A stretch of DNA of 64,000 nt, from NCBI GenBank assembly GCA_963802945.1, contig CAWDKY010000053.1, positions 64,001-128,000 on the forward strand. The letters are read 5' to 3'. This DNA is from an uncultured delta proteobacterium. GTDB taxonomy: Bacteria > Desulfobacterota > RBG-13-43-22. The position numbers were made by a program, and so were the translations under genes. Shown one piece after another: positions 42,010 to 53,139 of the stretch; position 1 is the stretch's first letter; the number at the start of each line of letters is the position of its first letter. Below the pieces are notes generated by a model. That model did no database searches. It was not told the origin of the DNA and was given only the letters and a program-made list of their open reading frames with translations.

Positions 42010-43290
42010 CTATTCCCTTCCAATTGCCCTCTCAACCTTATAGCGGGCGATCATATAATTGTACAAGGCCTGGCTGTAATCGTTTTCAGCCTGAAGATAG
42101 GAACTTCGGGCATCGGTGATATCCAGCATAGCCCCCACTCCGGCCTTGTAACGCCCTTCGGCCAGATCCAGATTCTCTTTGGCACTCCGCAAGGATTCCT
42201 TGGCTACATCGATCTGTTTTTCCGCCAACACTTGATTGAGGTACTGGCTTTGAAGATTACTGATCACTTGCAGTTTCTGGATCTCTTCGTTCGCCTTGGC
42301 CTGGCTTAGATTAGCCTGGATTTCAGCCAATTTGAACTCTTTTAGAAAACCGGTAAAGATCGGGATATTCAATTGCAGGCCCACATTCCAGGTCTCATCA
42401 TTGTTATAATAGGTGCCGACGTTCCGCCCATATTTGGCTGTGCCGGTCAGGGTAGGCCAAAATTCCCTCTTGGCCTCTTTTTCTTGGACCTCCCAATACT
42501 TGATAGTAACCCTGAGCCGGTTTAATATCGGATCCTTCTCCAAGGCCTCCTTCTGGAGATCTTCCAGTTTCCAATCTACCCGACCTGCTTCCAGGTCGTC
42601 TTTTAAAGTATAACCTTTGGGCTGATCTAAACCCATGGCTGCCGCCAAGGTAACCCACCCTACCCGTACGTTGTTCTCTGCCTGAAGCAAGACCTTTTGG
42701 GCGGTGATGACCGTCACTTCAGCCTGGGTCACATCTATCCTGGCCTTCAATCCTACCTGGTAAAAACCCTGGGCCTGGTTAAAATGCTCACGGGTTCTTT
42801 CCAAGTCCTCTCGACTAAACGTAACCACCCGTTGGGCCAGTAAAACCCCGTAATAAGCTTGCCGAATATTATCGATCACTGAAAGTCGGGTATCTTTTAA
42901 GGTCCACTGATAGGTCTTCAAATCTTCCTTCGAAGCCTGAATTGTATATTCACGACGTCCGAAATCGTAGATATTTTGCGACAGGCCGAGATAATAAGTG
43001 GTAAGATCGGTAGGTGGAATATTCACTCCAGGAGGAGCATTAGTTAAGGAACTCAGGCTGCTGTAACGGTTGTAATCCGTCTCACCAAAGAGGGTAGGAT
43101 AATAAGTGGACTGGGTTTGCTTTACCCGGGCCTTCGCCCCTTCAATCCCTTGCACGGCTGCCTGGATCGTTGGATTCTGCTTCAATCCAATGTCCACACA
43201 AGTCTTCAGATCCCATTCCTCGGCCGATACCATCCGGCAGATAAAAAGGCAGAACAATAAAGTTAAAAATACAACAACCTTCTTTTTCAT
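42010..43290 (-). CDS. TolC-family outer membrane protein
   Basis: Signal peptide, QNIYDFG, AYYGVL, LAEGRYKAGVG..LDITDA. Confidence 0.92.
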   Translation of the reverse strand: MKKKVVVFLTLLFCLFICRMVSAEEWDLKTCVDIGLKQNPTIQAAVQGIEGAKARVKQTQSTYYPTLFGETDYNRYSSLSSLTNAPPGVNIPPTDLTTYYLGLSQNIYDFGRREYTIQASKEDLKTYQWTLKDTRLSVIDNIRQAYYGVLLAQRVVTFSREDLERTREHFNQAQGFYQVGLKARIDVTQAEVTVITAQKVLLQAENNVRVGWVTLAAAMGLDQPKGYTLKDDLEAGRVDWKLEDLQKEALEKDPILNRLRVTIKYWEVQEKEAKREFWPTLTGTAKYGRNVGTYYNNDETWNVGLQLNIPIFTGFLKEFKLAEIQANLSQAKANEEIQKLQVISNLQSQYLNQVLAEKQIDVAKESLRSAKENLDLAEGRYKAGVGAMLDITDARSSYLQAENDYSQALYNYMIARYKVERAIGRE

Positions 43291-43416
43291 AATTCTCCCT
43301 CATACTATATTTACTCTTAATATGAATAAATTTTTCGTCGTTAAGCTTTCAGCTTTCGGAGGAAAATTTTCTTCACTCTTCACTCCGAAATCCAAAATCC
43401 GCATTCTAAAGTTTGT

Positions 43417-44674
43417 CTATCTCTTCCTCACCGTCTCCCCTTCGGCCACTACCAAACTCTTAAAATCTCCTGCCTCGACCGCCGGGTATATGACGGAGTT
43501 GCCGGAAATCAGGGTTTTTGCAGGTATAGACGCCCCTTTGCCGATCAAGGTTAAACCTTCTTTTAACTGCCCGGGGAATTCCCGGTTCGGAAGGACCGCC
43601 TGGCCGACTATCTTGGCTTGTTTCCCTATACGAACCTTTTTATCAATAATAACTCGTTCCAGATAGGCCCCGGCCTCTACTTGACAGTCGTGCATAAGAA
43701 TGGAATTGAAGACCTGGGCACCTTTGCCGACCCGGACACCGGGTGAAAGAACAGATCCATCTACCCTACCCTCAATAATAGTGTCGGCCGAGAGAAAAGA
43801 TCGAGCTACCTGGGCATTTTTTTCGATGATAACCGCCGGGCGGTCCCCCTTCAATCCCTCTTCTTCCAGGTTGGTTTGCACACCCCAGGCTTCAGGATTT
43901 AATCCGGAGTTTGGATTTAAGAGATCCATATGGGCCTCAAAATAAAAGGCCAGGGTTCCCACATCCCGCCAGTATCCTGAAAATGGGTAGGCAAAAACAC
44001 GATCCTTTTTTATAATCGAAGGGATAAGATCACGGCCGAAATCCATGGCCGACGGATCCTGTAAGGCTTTTATCAAATAGGGGGTTTGAAAAACATAGAT
44101 ACCAAGGGAAGCCAGGGTCCCTTTGGGCTCTTTGGGTTTTTCTTCCCATCCCCTGATTCGTCCTTGTCCGTCCGCCTGGGCAGTCCCGAAATGAACCAAT
44201 TGTTTTCTGGGCACCTCCATCATGGCCACGGTCAAGTCGGCTCGATTCTGTTTATGATAGGCGATCATCGGGGCATAATCCATATGATAGATATGATCGC
44301 CGGATACGATCAGGATATTCTCCGGTTCATAGCGGTCTAAATAGCTCATGTTCTGCCGCAAGGCATCGGCCGTCCCCTTATACCAGTCGGAGTCTTTGTC
44401 TGCCGGTATGGGGGGGCAGAATTTTAATGCCCCGGTTCCGGCCTTCAAAATCCCAGGCCTTGCCCAACCCGACGTGGCTCATCAAAGAAAGGGGTTTATA
44501 TTGGGTTAAAACGCCTATACGTTCCAGCCCCGAATTCATAATATTGCTTAAAGTAAAATCAATAATCCGATAGATCCCGCCAAAAGGCACAGCCGGTTTG
44601 GCCCGGACATCAACCAGGACATTCAGCCGACTGCCTTCTCCGCCGGCCAGTAACATGACCAGGGTATTAATCAT
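43417..44674 (-). CDS. glgC: Glucose-1-phosphate adenylyltransferase-family protein 2 (frameshift near 44410)
   Basis: [58 protein letters not shown]. Confidence 0.88.
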
Positions 44675-45948
44675 GATATCGTCTCTCCGGAAGGGATTTG
44701 AGAAGAATAAAAGGCGTTTTCTTCCAAGAAGGGGTAAAGGATACAATTAGCCCCGACTTGAATCCGGGAAGGGAGATGGGTATTCCTTCCGATAACCGTA
44801 AGACCGGAAGACAATAAATGGGGGAAGCTTCGATTGGGTATTAGATGAGTCCCGCCCCCGATCCGGGCCTTTTCTCCGATTTTTACCCCGTTGTCAGTGA
44901 TTGTTTTTTTGACCATGGCCCCAGATTTTATGAGGGTATCAAAAAAAAGGATCGAATCCTCAACCACAGCCCCTTTTTCGACCTGAACTCCGGGAAACAA
45001 AACGCTCCGTTTAACCGTTCCCTCCACTCGGCAACCGTGGGTCAATAAGACCTGATCCAGACAGGCGTCAGGTCCGATCAAAGCCGGCTGCCGTTCTTGA
45101 ATCCGTTCGTGTTCCAGGTTGGTTCGAATTTGCCATTGTTTCAGGTTGATCTTGGGCGCCGCCCCGAACAGATCCATATGGGTCCGCCAATATTCGTCCA
45201 GGGTACGGGTATAGCCCCAGTATCCGGAGAAGGTATATCCGAAGGCCCGGCTTTGATGAACCAGCGAAGGAAAAATATCCCGACCAAATTCAATGCCCTC
45301 TTGGTGGGGATGGGTTTTTTTAAGAATTTTAAGCAAAACTTCGGTCTTAAAAAGATAGATGGTCAAAGAGGCCCATTGAGACCCAGGCTCAGACGGTTTT
45401 TCCTGATAGGAAGTCAGTCGCCCGCCAGGCCGGCCTTCTTTTTCTTCCATGACTCCCAACCCAAAGCGATGGGCCTCTTTTTTGGGGACTTTGATAAAAC
45501 CGGCCGTGACATCAGCCTTTTGTTCCAAGTGAAACTGGATTAACTCACGATAGTCCATCCGATAGATGTGGTCCCCGGAAAGGATCAAGACCAGATCCGG
45601 GTTGTTCTCATAAATGAAATCCAGGTTATGGGCCACGGCATCGGCCGTCCCTTTATACCAATCGGAATCTTTTTGACCGGTAGAAGGGGGCAGCAAGGTC
45701 AACTGACGGTGACGCCCGGTCATGTCCCAGGAGGCCCCATTGCCGATATGGGTGATCAAAGAAGCGGAACGATATTGAGACAGGACCCCCACTTGCCTTA
45801 TTCGGGCATGCATCAGATTGCTTAAGGCAAAATCGATCACCCGGTAATTCCCGCCAAAAGGCAAAGCGGATTTAGGCCGGTCAAAGGTCAGAACACTGAG
45901 TTCATCCACCCTGCCCCCGGCCAGCACAAAGGCCAGAATTTCGGCCAT
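44671..45948 (-). CDS. Glucose-1-phosphate adenylyltransferase-family protein 1 (GlgC/GlgD-like)
   Basis: LAGGRVDEL (degenerate GxGxRL), [31 protein letters not shown] instead of YWRDVGT. Confidence 0.88.
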   Translation of the reverse strand: MAEILAFVLAGGRVDELSVLTFDRPKSALPFGGNYRVIDFALSNLMHARIRQVGVLSQYRSASLITHIGNGASWDMTGRHRQLTLLPPSTGQKDSDWYKGTADAVAHNLDFIYENNPDLVLILSGDHIYRMDYRELIQFHLEQKADVTAGFIKVPKKEAHRFGLGVMEEKEGRPGGRLTSYQEKPSEPGSQWASLTIYLFKTEVLLKILKKTHPHQEGIEFGRDIFPSLVHQSRAFGYTFSGYWGYTRTLDEYWRTHMDLFGAAPKINLKQWQIRTNLEHERIQERQPALIGPDACLDQVLLTHGCRVEGTVKRSVLFPGVQVEKGAVVEDSILFFDTLIKSGAMVKKTITDNGVKIGEKARIGGGTHLIPNRSFPHLLSSGLTVIGRNTHLPSRIQVGANCILYPFLEENAFYSSQIPSGETIS

Positions 45949-46788
45949 CCCAAAACCTCCCTTTGATAATCTGATTATTTTTAACCTCTAATCCCTGGTG
46001 ATGTCAATTGTTACTTTTACAAGTATGATATATATAATATTTATAGGGTTAATAATATTTGAAAACCCCCGTATAACCTTTTTTTGAAGATAAAAAGGGG
46101 GATTAAAAATGGAAACCTCTGCTTTCAGACGACTTATTTTTTATGACGTGAATACTCTATTAATGAAAGACAGGTTTTAACCCTGCTGTTATTGAAGGGT
46201 GACATCGAAGAGTACTTCCTTGAAGTCATGCAAGTTCCATTTGTGAAAAATCCGAAGAGTACAAACAATAATCGATAATGGTGTGGCTTTCCCTCCAAAA
46301 GAATCTTTTTTAATCCTTGAGCACGAAAAAAGTTCTTTTTTTCTCCTTGGTCAACGATCCCTTTTTAATCATGCTTCGGGTAACATTTTTTATGAGGCAA
46401 TCCTACCTCCTTACCCAACAGAGAAACCGGGATCCCTTCTTATAACCTCAACTTCACACATCGAAGCTTTAACTTAAACCCATACCGCTTCCCATAACGG
46501 CTTTCTTTCCTTTTACCCCTCTTCTTTACTTCTTCAACTTCTTCCATTGGCACACCCCTTTTCCCTTCTCAGGAGTGTCACCCATTTTATCCTTCTTTTT
46601 TATCTCATGATCTGGTAGTGTAATTATCACCGGAATAAACTCCGTCGAGAGATTTAGGGGTCGGGACGTGAAGATTTGGATCGGTGGAATAGTGAGTTTT
46701 TTAAAGGGAGGAAAATACTGTTACTGAATCCATGGGGTGAACAGGGATACCCAGTTTTAGATCACAATATGGAATGGGAGGCGTTATC

Positions 46789-48411
46789 ATGGCTACCACA
46801 ACAAAGAATCGACTCGAAGGAGTTCTGCCTCGCCTGTCCGACTACGTGAAACGGGCGGCCGCGCGGGATCCGAACAGACCAGCGTTCATCTATCATGACA
46901 AGGAATACTCCTATGCCGAGTTTGTAAAGGACGCTCAACAGATGGCCAAGTACTTACTTAAAATAGGAGTTAAAAAGGGTGACCGGTTGGGCTATGTTAT
47001 GAACGGTCGCCCGGAGTTCTTCTGTTTTTACATGGCCGCTTCCATGGTCGGAGCGATTATCGTCGGCATGGGCACGCGTTTCACAGCACATGAGATGGAG
47101 TATGTTCTTAACAACTCCGGAGCCAGCCATGTACTGACACTGTACGGGTTGGGAGACGTGGCAAACTTCCAAGAACGGCTGGGGCAAGCTCTGACCAAGT
47201 GCTCCTCGGTCCAACAAGTATGGGTAGTGGGCGGACCGGCGGAACTTCCCGACGCCCTGACCTTGAATGAGATCATGCAGGCCGACTACTCGGCTTATGA
47301 CCAGGCCCTGAAGGACAGAGAAGCCCAGGTCGGACTGGACGACGGTCTGCTTATTGTTTACACATCCGGCACCACCGGACAGCCCAAGGGCGCATTGTTG
47401 ACCCACAGGAGCGTGGTCTGTCAATCGCTGGTGCTGATTGACGAGCTTGGTGCCCCCACCGGGATTACCCCGGACGACAAGCTACTGCACCACGTCCCGG
47501 TCAACCATGTAAGTGGAGCCACCGAGCTTGGAGCAGCTCCCCTCATAGCCGGCTCCACCTTGGTCGTTATCGACCAATTTAGTCCGGTGGAAACCCTGGA
47601 GAAGATGCAGAAGTATAAGGTGACCATATTCGCTGGTGTCCCGACCATGTATGTTATGGAATTCAATCTGCCCAACTTCAAGGACTATGATCTATCCTCC
47701 GTGCGTTTCTGCATGGTTGGCGGATCAATGGCCCCCAAGGAAATCCTGGAGAAAATGAAGGAACTCACTCCCTACTGCAACAATCCGCTAGGATTGACGG
47801 AGACCGCCGGTCTTATCACGTATAGTGACATAGGGACCAGCGTTGATAATCTTAACAAGACCGTGGGTAAGTGCGCCCCTGAGTTTCAGATGAAGCTGGT
47901 CGACAGGAATCGCAAGGAAGTCCCCCGGGGCACTCCGGGAGAAATCGCCTACCGCGGCCCCACGGTTATCAAGGAATACTACAAGATGCCGGAAGCCACC
48001 GCTGCCGCCATTGACCAAGATGGTTGGCTGTATTCCGGAGATGTGGGCATCATTGACGAAAATGGCGACCTGCGACTGGTGGGCAGATCCAAGGAAATGT
48101 ACATCACCGGTGGCGAGAATATATACCCGGCGGAAGTCGAAGAGTATATATCCAGGTATCCCGGCGTCGCACTGGTGGCACTGGTTCCGGTTCCCCACGA
48201 CGTAATGGGTGAAGTGGGACGTGCCTACATTGTACCGAAGCCCGGCGCAACCCTGGATGACAAGGCCATACAGGAATACCTGAAAGAGTTCCTGGCCCCT
48301 TACAAGATTCCCCGGCAGTATGTGTTCAAAGAGTCGTTGCCCATGACCACCCTAGGCAAGATCGAGAAAAAGGTTATTCGCCGGGAATTGGAGAAAGAAC
48401 TGCAGAAATAG
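46789..48411 (+). CDS. AMP-forming acyl-CoA synthetase (class I adenylate-forming enzyme)
   Basis: YTSGTTGQPKG, GLTET, GWLYSGD, GRSKEMYITGGENIYPAEVE, APYKIPR, GKIEK. Confidence 0.95.
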   Translation: MATTTKNRLEGVLPRLSDYVKRAAARDPNRPAFIYHDKEYSYAEFVKDAQQMAKYLLKIGVKKGDRLGYVMNGRPEFFCFYMAASMVGAIIVGMGTRFTAHEMEYVLNNSGASHVLTLYGLGDVANFQERLGQALTKCSSVQQVWVVGGPAELPDALTLNEIMQADYSAYDQALKDREAQVGLDDGLLIVYTSGTTGQPKGALLTHRSVVCQSLVLIDELGAPTGITPDDKLLHHVPVNHVSGATELGAAPLIAGSTLVVIDQFSPVETLEKMQKYKVTIFAGVPTMYVMEFNLPNFKDYDLSSVRFCMVGGSMAPKEILEKMKELTPYCNNPLGLTETAGLITYSDIGTSVDNLNKTVGKCAPEFQMKLVDRNRKEVPRGTPGEIAYRGPTVIKEYYKMPEATAAAIDQDGWLYSGDVGIIDENGDLRLVGRSKEMYITGGENIYPAEVEEYISRYPGVALVALVPVPHDVMGEVGRAYIVPKPGATLDDKAIQEYLKEFLAPYKIPRQYVFKESLPMTTLGKIEKKVIRRELEKELQK

Positions 48412-48437
48412 CGGAACGAAACCCATCCGCAAGTTAC

Positions 48438-48473
48438 AAGCCGCCGGAGTTCACTAGAGCCCCCGGCGGCTTT
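48438..48473 (+). terminator. Rho-independent terminator
   Basis: aagccgccgg...ccggcggcttt downstream of the ligase. Confidence 0.7.
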
Positions 48474-48479
48474 ATTATC

Positions 48480-48892
48480 AACATAGCCTCCCTGGTAAGA
48501 AATCTGTCCCCGGACCCGTCATCGCCATCCAAACCTTTGGGGACTTCTTGGGATTCAACTCCCACGGCCATGCTCTGGTTACCGACGGCTGTTTCTCCAA
48601 GAAGGGCTTATTTAAGGTCGCCCCAGCTGTTAAGCTTAGATATCTGGAAAAAATCTTCAGATCCAAAGTCCTTACCTTGCTACTCTCCAAAGGTAAGATC
48701 ACTCCCGACCATATTAATCTGCTGAAATCCTGGAAACATTCCTGGTTTCAGGTCTTTTGTGGCCCAAGAATTCTGCCCAGAAAAAAAGAGGCCATGGAAA
48801 ATCTGGCCCGCTATATCATCCGAGCCTCTTTCTCGCTGGAACAACTGACCTATCTCCCGGAAGATTCCCGGATCATCTTCAGCCTCGTCTGA
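48480..48892 (+). mobile_element. IS91-family (HUH/Y2) transposase internal fragment
   Basis: PGPVIAIQTFGDFLGFNSHGHALVTDGCF (HUH), SWKHS.F.V, ENLARYIIRASFS; both ends missing. Confidence 0.85.
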
Positions 48893-48914
48893 CCTTGAGG
48901 CAGTTTGAAGATAT

Positions 48915-49333
48915 CAAACGGTAATAGATGATTCAAACACATGTTCCCGTCGAAGATTCGTAGGTGTAATCAACAGACATAAAAATATCATTAAATATTA
49001 ATTGGTTAGGAGAATAGGTTCCGGGATCTCAACGCCTGTCTCGTTTAAATTTCCCGGACCTTTTTCCTTCCATTGCATAGCTATCCATTTCCGTTTGAAA
49101 TCTTCATAAGGGATGTACGCCCCCAATGCTTTAAATCAGCAATTTGATGAGTAAACTTCTTGGCCAATAGGTAATTTGGTTTGTTGATTACCATTAGAAA
49201 TCTGGCGGGTTTGGTGGTCTTAATTGGGAAAAACGTGGGCTACTTTTTAGGGGATCGGAGACTATTTGCAACATTTCTTCCTAAAATGTTGATTTTAAAT
49301 TTTGGCTCTTTATACCATATTACAAACGGTAAT
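48915..49333 (+). repeat. Non-coding element family R3, long form, copy A
   Basis: Begins and ends with CAAACGGTAAT; patchy colinear similarity to 53140-53525. Confidence 0.65.
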
Positions 49334-49497
49334 TAATCTGTAAAGTCCAGCCCTGCATAGTCCAGTTTTCTTAAGAAGACATTCTCCTTGACTCCTTGCC
49401 TTCCCGAACTGTTTTTCTTCTTGATCATGACATTATATTATCTTATACTCTTTCCATTCAAAAGAAAAGTTTTGCAAATTTTTTAAGGAGCCCCAAC

Positions 49498-49620
49498 ACG
49501 TTTTCACTAAAAAACATTGTGGTCCCCACAGATTTTTCCGAATATTCGAACAAGGCACCGCAAAACGCAATAGACATCCCTAAACAATTCAAAAGCAAAA
49601 TCTATCTACTACATGTGGTC
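49498..49620 (+). pseudogene. Universal stress protein N-terminal remnant
   Basis: AGGAG RBS then ACG in place of ATG; LKNIVVPTDFSEYSNKA...SKIYLLHVV. Confidence 0.75.
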
Positions 49621-49740
49621 GGAAGAGTAAGATTGAGGGGGGCGATTCGGGCGGTCGATATGTCTTGATCCTGGCATTTGTTACTTTGAAAATGTCTTTT
49701 GAGCTTTAACAGTGAAAACACATTGATGAGGAGGGAATCA

Positions 49741-51021
49741 ATGAAAAGAAAAATATTAAGATATAATATTTTTTTGTGTATTGCCGTATTTATTACGTGC
49801 ATGATTGTCCTGTCCGGTTCCGTCGGGGAGTCTTTGGCTAAAGAGCCCATCAAGATTGGATTAATCGGCTCTCTTTCAACCCCTACCGGCGCAACCAACA
49901 AGGCCTCACTGGAAATTAGCATAGATGAGATCAACAAGGCGGGCGGCATCCTGGGCAGGCCAGTTGAACTGATCACGGAAGATTGGAAACTTCAGGTCCC
50001 GCTTGCGGTGGCCGCCTACAAAAAACTGGTGATGAGTGACAAGTGCCTGCTTATCTTTACCGAGGGGACAGAGGGAAGTATAGCCTGCGCTCAGGAGGGT
50101 GAACGGCTCTATCCAAGTTACCCCCATCTGATGTTTGCCATCTGGACCGCGCATGCAGGGTTTACCGATCTTGTAGCCAATGACTATAACAAGTATAAAT
50201 TCTTGTTCCGCTTGCATCCGCGAACGGAAGACTTCTATGATCCCGATCTTAAGAATTTGGAATTCTTCACTGAAACGATAGGGACGAAAAAGCTCGCCCT
50301 AGTGATCGAGGATATGGGCTGGTCGGAGGTCTACCGTAAAGGGAAACCCGGCGTATTTCCATCACTGAAGGAATATTTCGAGAAAAACGGCATCAAGGTC
50401 GTTTACGATGTTGTTGTGGACTACAAAGAAAAAATGTACTTTCCGATTTTAGAGAAAGTGGCCGCGAGCGGCGCTGATACCATCTTTTGGTTAACGGGGT
50501 ATGGCGATACAAATCTGATGGTGAAACAGTGGGCGCAATCGGCGGCCAAGGATATCGATAGCGTCTTCTTTTCCGGCATTTGTAGTTACGCGGCCTTCTG
50601 GAAGATGACCGGTGGGCAGGCTCTGGGCGTAACCGCCGGGTGGCCGGAAATCATAATCCCCTTTACAAAATGGACGAAGCCTTTTTTGGATAAATTAAAA
50701 ATGAAGGGCGCTGGCTTGAGCGTCTCCGCTTACGGTGCATATGACGGTCCTTGGGTTCTGAAGGAAGCCAGCGAAAAGGCGGGCAGCGCCGATGATGTAG
50801 AGAAATTGATCAAGACCATCGAGGGCGGCAAATTTCAGCACGCATTCTGGGTCTGGAGTTTCACCAAGCGGCATGACACCAGGAAGTTTCCCCGGTTTCA
50901 GGGCCAGTTTCAGGAGAACGGACGGTATGTCCTTGTTCACCCCGATTATCTCGTTAAAATCACCAATCCTAAAGATAAATACGTTCGAGTCAAGGAGTTG
51001 AGGAAAAGAGCAGAAAAGTAA
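49741..51021 (+). CDS. Orphan Liv-family ABC substrate-binding protein, paralog of 5493-6752
   Basis: PIKIGLIGSLS, DEINKAGGILGR, YKKLVM.D, YPH..F, KQWAQS.AK, WKMT.G shared with the first SBP. Confidence 0.9.
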   Translation: MKRKILRYNIFLCIAVFITCMIVLSGSVGESLAKEPIKIGLIGSLSTPTGATNKASLEISIDEINKAGGILGRPVELITEDWKLQVPLAVAAYKKLVMSDKCLLIFTEGTEGSIACAQEGERLYPSYPHLMFAIWTAHAGFTDLVANDYNKYKFLFRLHPRTEDFYDPDLKNLEFFTETIGTKKLALVIEDMGWSEVYRKGKPGVFPSLKEYFEKNGIKVVYDVVVDYKEKMYFPILEKVAASGADTIFWLTGYGDTNLMVKQWAQSAAKDIDSVFFSGICSYAAFWKMTGGQALGVTAGWPEIIIPFTKWTKPFLDKLKMKGAGLSVSAYGAYDGPWVLKEASEKAGSADDVEKLIKTIEGGKFQHAFWVWSFTKRHDTRKFPRFQGQFQENGRYVLVHPDYLVKITNPKDKYVRVKELRKRAEK

Positions 51022-51039
51022 ATGACGTGCCGGGATGAG

Positions 51040-51309
51040 CCAATATTGCGCCTGAGAATATTGGCTCATTATTCGACCGGTTTGGGATGATGGGCGTCGA
51101 TGAGCCGGAAAGGGAATTGTTACTACCATTACAACGCCCATATGGAAAATTTCTGGAGTGTCCTGAAAAATGAACAGGTAAATCATTTTCGTCATGCAAC
51201 CAAACAAGAAGCTATACAGGACATTACACAGTACATCGGGATTTTTTATAACCGGCAAAGAAGGCAGGACAGGCTCGGGTTTCTATCTCCCGCCTTTGTT
51301 GAACGATAA
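51040..51309 (+). mobile_element. IS3-family transposase C-terminal remnant
   Basis: MSRKGNCY..NAHMENFWSVLKNE, YIGIFYNRQR...LGFLSP. Confidence 0.85.
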
Positions 51310-51737
51310 TTCTAAAAACGACTGGCAGTATAAAATATTCGGCCCATCTGAGCGGAAAAGATCGACTGGATTAACTCATTAATAATCTGGATACTCTTCG
51401 AAATAGTCCAAAAATTTTAACTAGCCCTATCTCCAGTAAGTATTGTTGTCAGCCACTCATGTAAAAAATTTTTGCATGAAAAAGGCAGCATAAAAAAATG
51501 ACAGTTTTGATGCAAAATTCAGGTAATAAATATCCGGCTATTTGTATTCCTAACCACGCTCTTGAAATCCGGTCAGCCATTTCTAATAATGTTTTTTTGA
51601 TACTTCATGATGGGTAATTTTTAATGCTTTTATGGCTAAATTCCTCCTCCATTCTTTTTTGGGAAGAAATTTATACTATACCGCTAATGTCGACTTATTT
51701 TTGCTGTTCACTATAGTAAAGCAAAAGGAGGAAAACG

Positions 51738-52943
51738 ATGAATTTTCACTTCACAGAGGAAGAGCTTGCTTTAAAAAAAATATATGACGATTTTTTCAGG
51801 GAGGAAATGAAAAACGCTCCTCCCATAATTCTAAAAGGGGGATTGGATGCGCAATATTCGAAGGAGGGTTACCCATTCAACCGATACATGAGAAAAAAGT
51901 TGGTTGAGAAAGAGTGGTTGGTGCAACACTGGCCGAAGGAATACGGGGGCAGGAATGCTTCCTTGACTGAACAAGTGATCTTTAATGAGTCGATGGCCTA
52001 TTTCGGTGCCCCTGGCCTAAATGTTCAGGGTGTAAAAATGTTCGGGCCTGCCGTTTTGCTCTATGGTACGGAGGAACAGAAAAAAAGGATAGTAATACCC
52101 ATCGCCAAAGGCGAGGTTGAGTACTGCCAGGGATGGACGGAACCGAATGCAGGGTCGGATCTGGCCTCCTTGAAAACCACCGCGATTAAAGATGGAGAAT
52201 ATTATGTCGTCAACGGGCAAAAGACTTGGATTACCGGTGCCCATGTCGCCGACCGCATGTTTTTATTAGCCCGCACTAATCCTGCTGAAAAGCGAAACCG
52301 GGGACTATCCGTCTTCAATGTCGATCTTTCTTTGCCCGGGATTGAAATCAGGCCTATCCATTTTATGAACCATACGCTCTTATACAACGAAGTTTTTTTC
52401 ACCGATTGCCGGATTCATGAATCCGAGAGGATAGGGCCGGAAAATGAGGGCTGGCAGCAGACCCGGGACACCATGAACTTTGAAAGATCGGGAATCGATA
52501 GAATTGCCGAAATAAGACGATATTTTGAACAAACCTTAGACTATATCAAAACAACCAAACGCAACGGCCAATACCTCTGGGAAGATCCTCTCGTCCGCCA
52601 GAAAATTGGAAAAATATATGCTGAAATGGAAGCAAGCAAATCCCTGGCCTATAAAACGGCTTGGCTGCAGAAAGTAGGAAATTTGCGTTTTTCGCCTGCT
52701 GCAGCCTCTGAAGTGAAAGTCTTAAGAACGGAAGTCATGCAGCACCTGACTAATTTTACCTTGGAAATTATGGGATTCCCCGGGAATCTGGAGGCTTCCC
52801 CGTGGGCTCCGTTCAATGGCACCATGATCGAGAGTTATCAATCCGTCATGGGATCCATCATTTGTGCCGGTTCCAACGAAATTCAACGGAATATTATCGC
52901 CTGGGTCGGCTGCGGTCTGCCGAGATTAAAAGGACAAGGATAA
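51738..52943 (+). CDS. Acyl-CoA dehydrogenase (FadE26/IpdE1-like)
   Basis: MNFHFTEEE, WPKEYGG, CQGWTEPNAGSDLASLKT, NGQKTW, NEVFF, MNFERSG, AGSNEIQRNII. Confidence 0.93.
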   Translation: MNFHFTEEELALKKIYDDFFREEMKNAPPIILKGGLDAQYSKEGYPFNRYMRKKLVEKEWLVQHWPKEYGGRNASLTEQVIFNESMAYFGAPGLNVQGVKMFGPAVLLYGTEEQKKRIVIPIAKGEVEYCQGWTEPNAGSDLASLKTTAIKDGEYYVVNGQKTWITGAHVADRMFLLARTNPAEKRNRGLSVFNVDLSLPGIEIRPIHFMNHTLLYNEVFFTDCRIHESERIGPENEGWQQTRDTMNFERSGIDRIAEIRRYFEQTLDYIKTTKRNGQYLWEDPLVRQKIGKIYAEMEASKSLAYKTAWLQKVGNLRFSPAAASEVKVLRTEVMQHLTNFTLEIMGFPGNLEASPWAPFNGTMIESYQSVMGSIICAGSNEIQRNIIAWVGCGLPRLKGQG

Positions 52944-52957
52944 AAGGAGGACGAAAT

Positions 52958-53110
52958 ATGAATCTTGATTTTACATCGGAACAAAACATGCTGAGGTTCG
53001 GGCCGCAAAGAAGAGTCCCCGGAAAATCTGAAAAAGGCCGAGTCATGTTTCGGGAGATGGGCTTGGATTATTGGCTGGCTAAGGCTCAGGAGACGCTGGC
53101 GATGCTGTAG
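52958..53110 (+). pseudogene. Chimeric remnant: start of a second acyl-CoA dehydrogenase joined to a TPR-like C-terminal tail
   Basis: AGGAGG RBS, MNLDFTSEQNMLR, then unrelated KGRVMFREMGLDYWLAKAQETLAML*. Confidence 0.65.
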
Positions 53111-53139
53111 AGAATTTGAGGAGTTTCCATTGCACATTT

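Noticed and set aside
14985-43410. Short 7-8-nt degenerate tandem repeats in intergenic regions (about 15040, 15413, 19342, 20845, 38130, 41925, 43389)
   Set aside because: Only 2-4 imperfect units each with differing sequences; common intergenic filler in such genomes with no supportable function.
46283-46520. Possible ISL3-like transposase relic on the minus strand (KGSRFL-like peptide)
   Set aside because: Too short and broken to support without a search.
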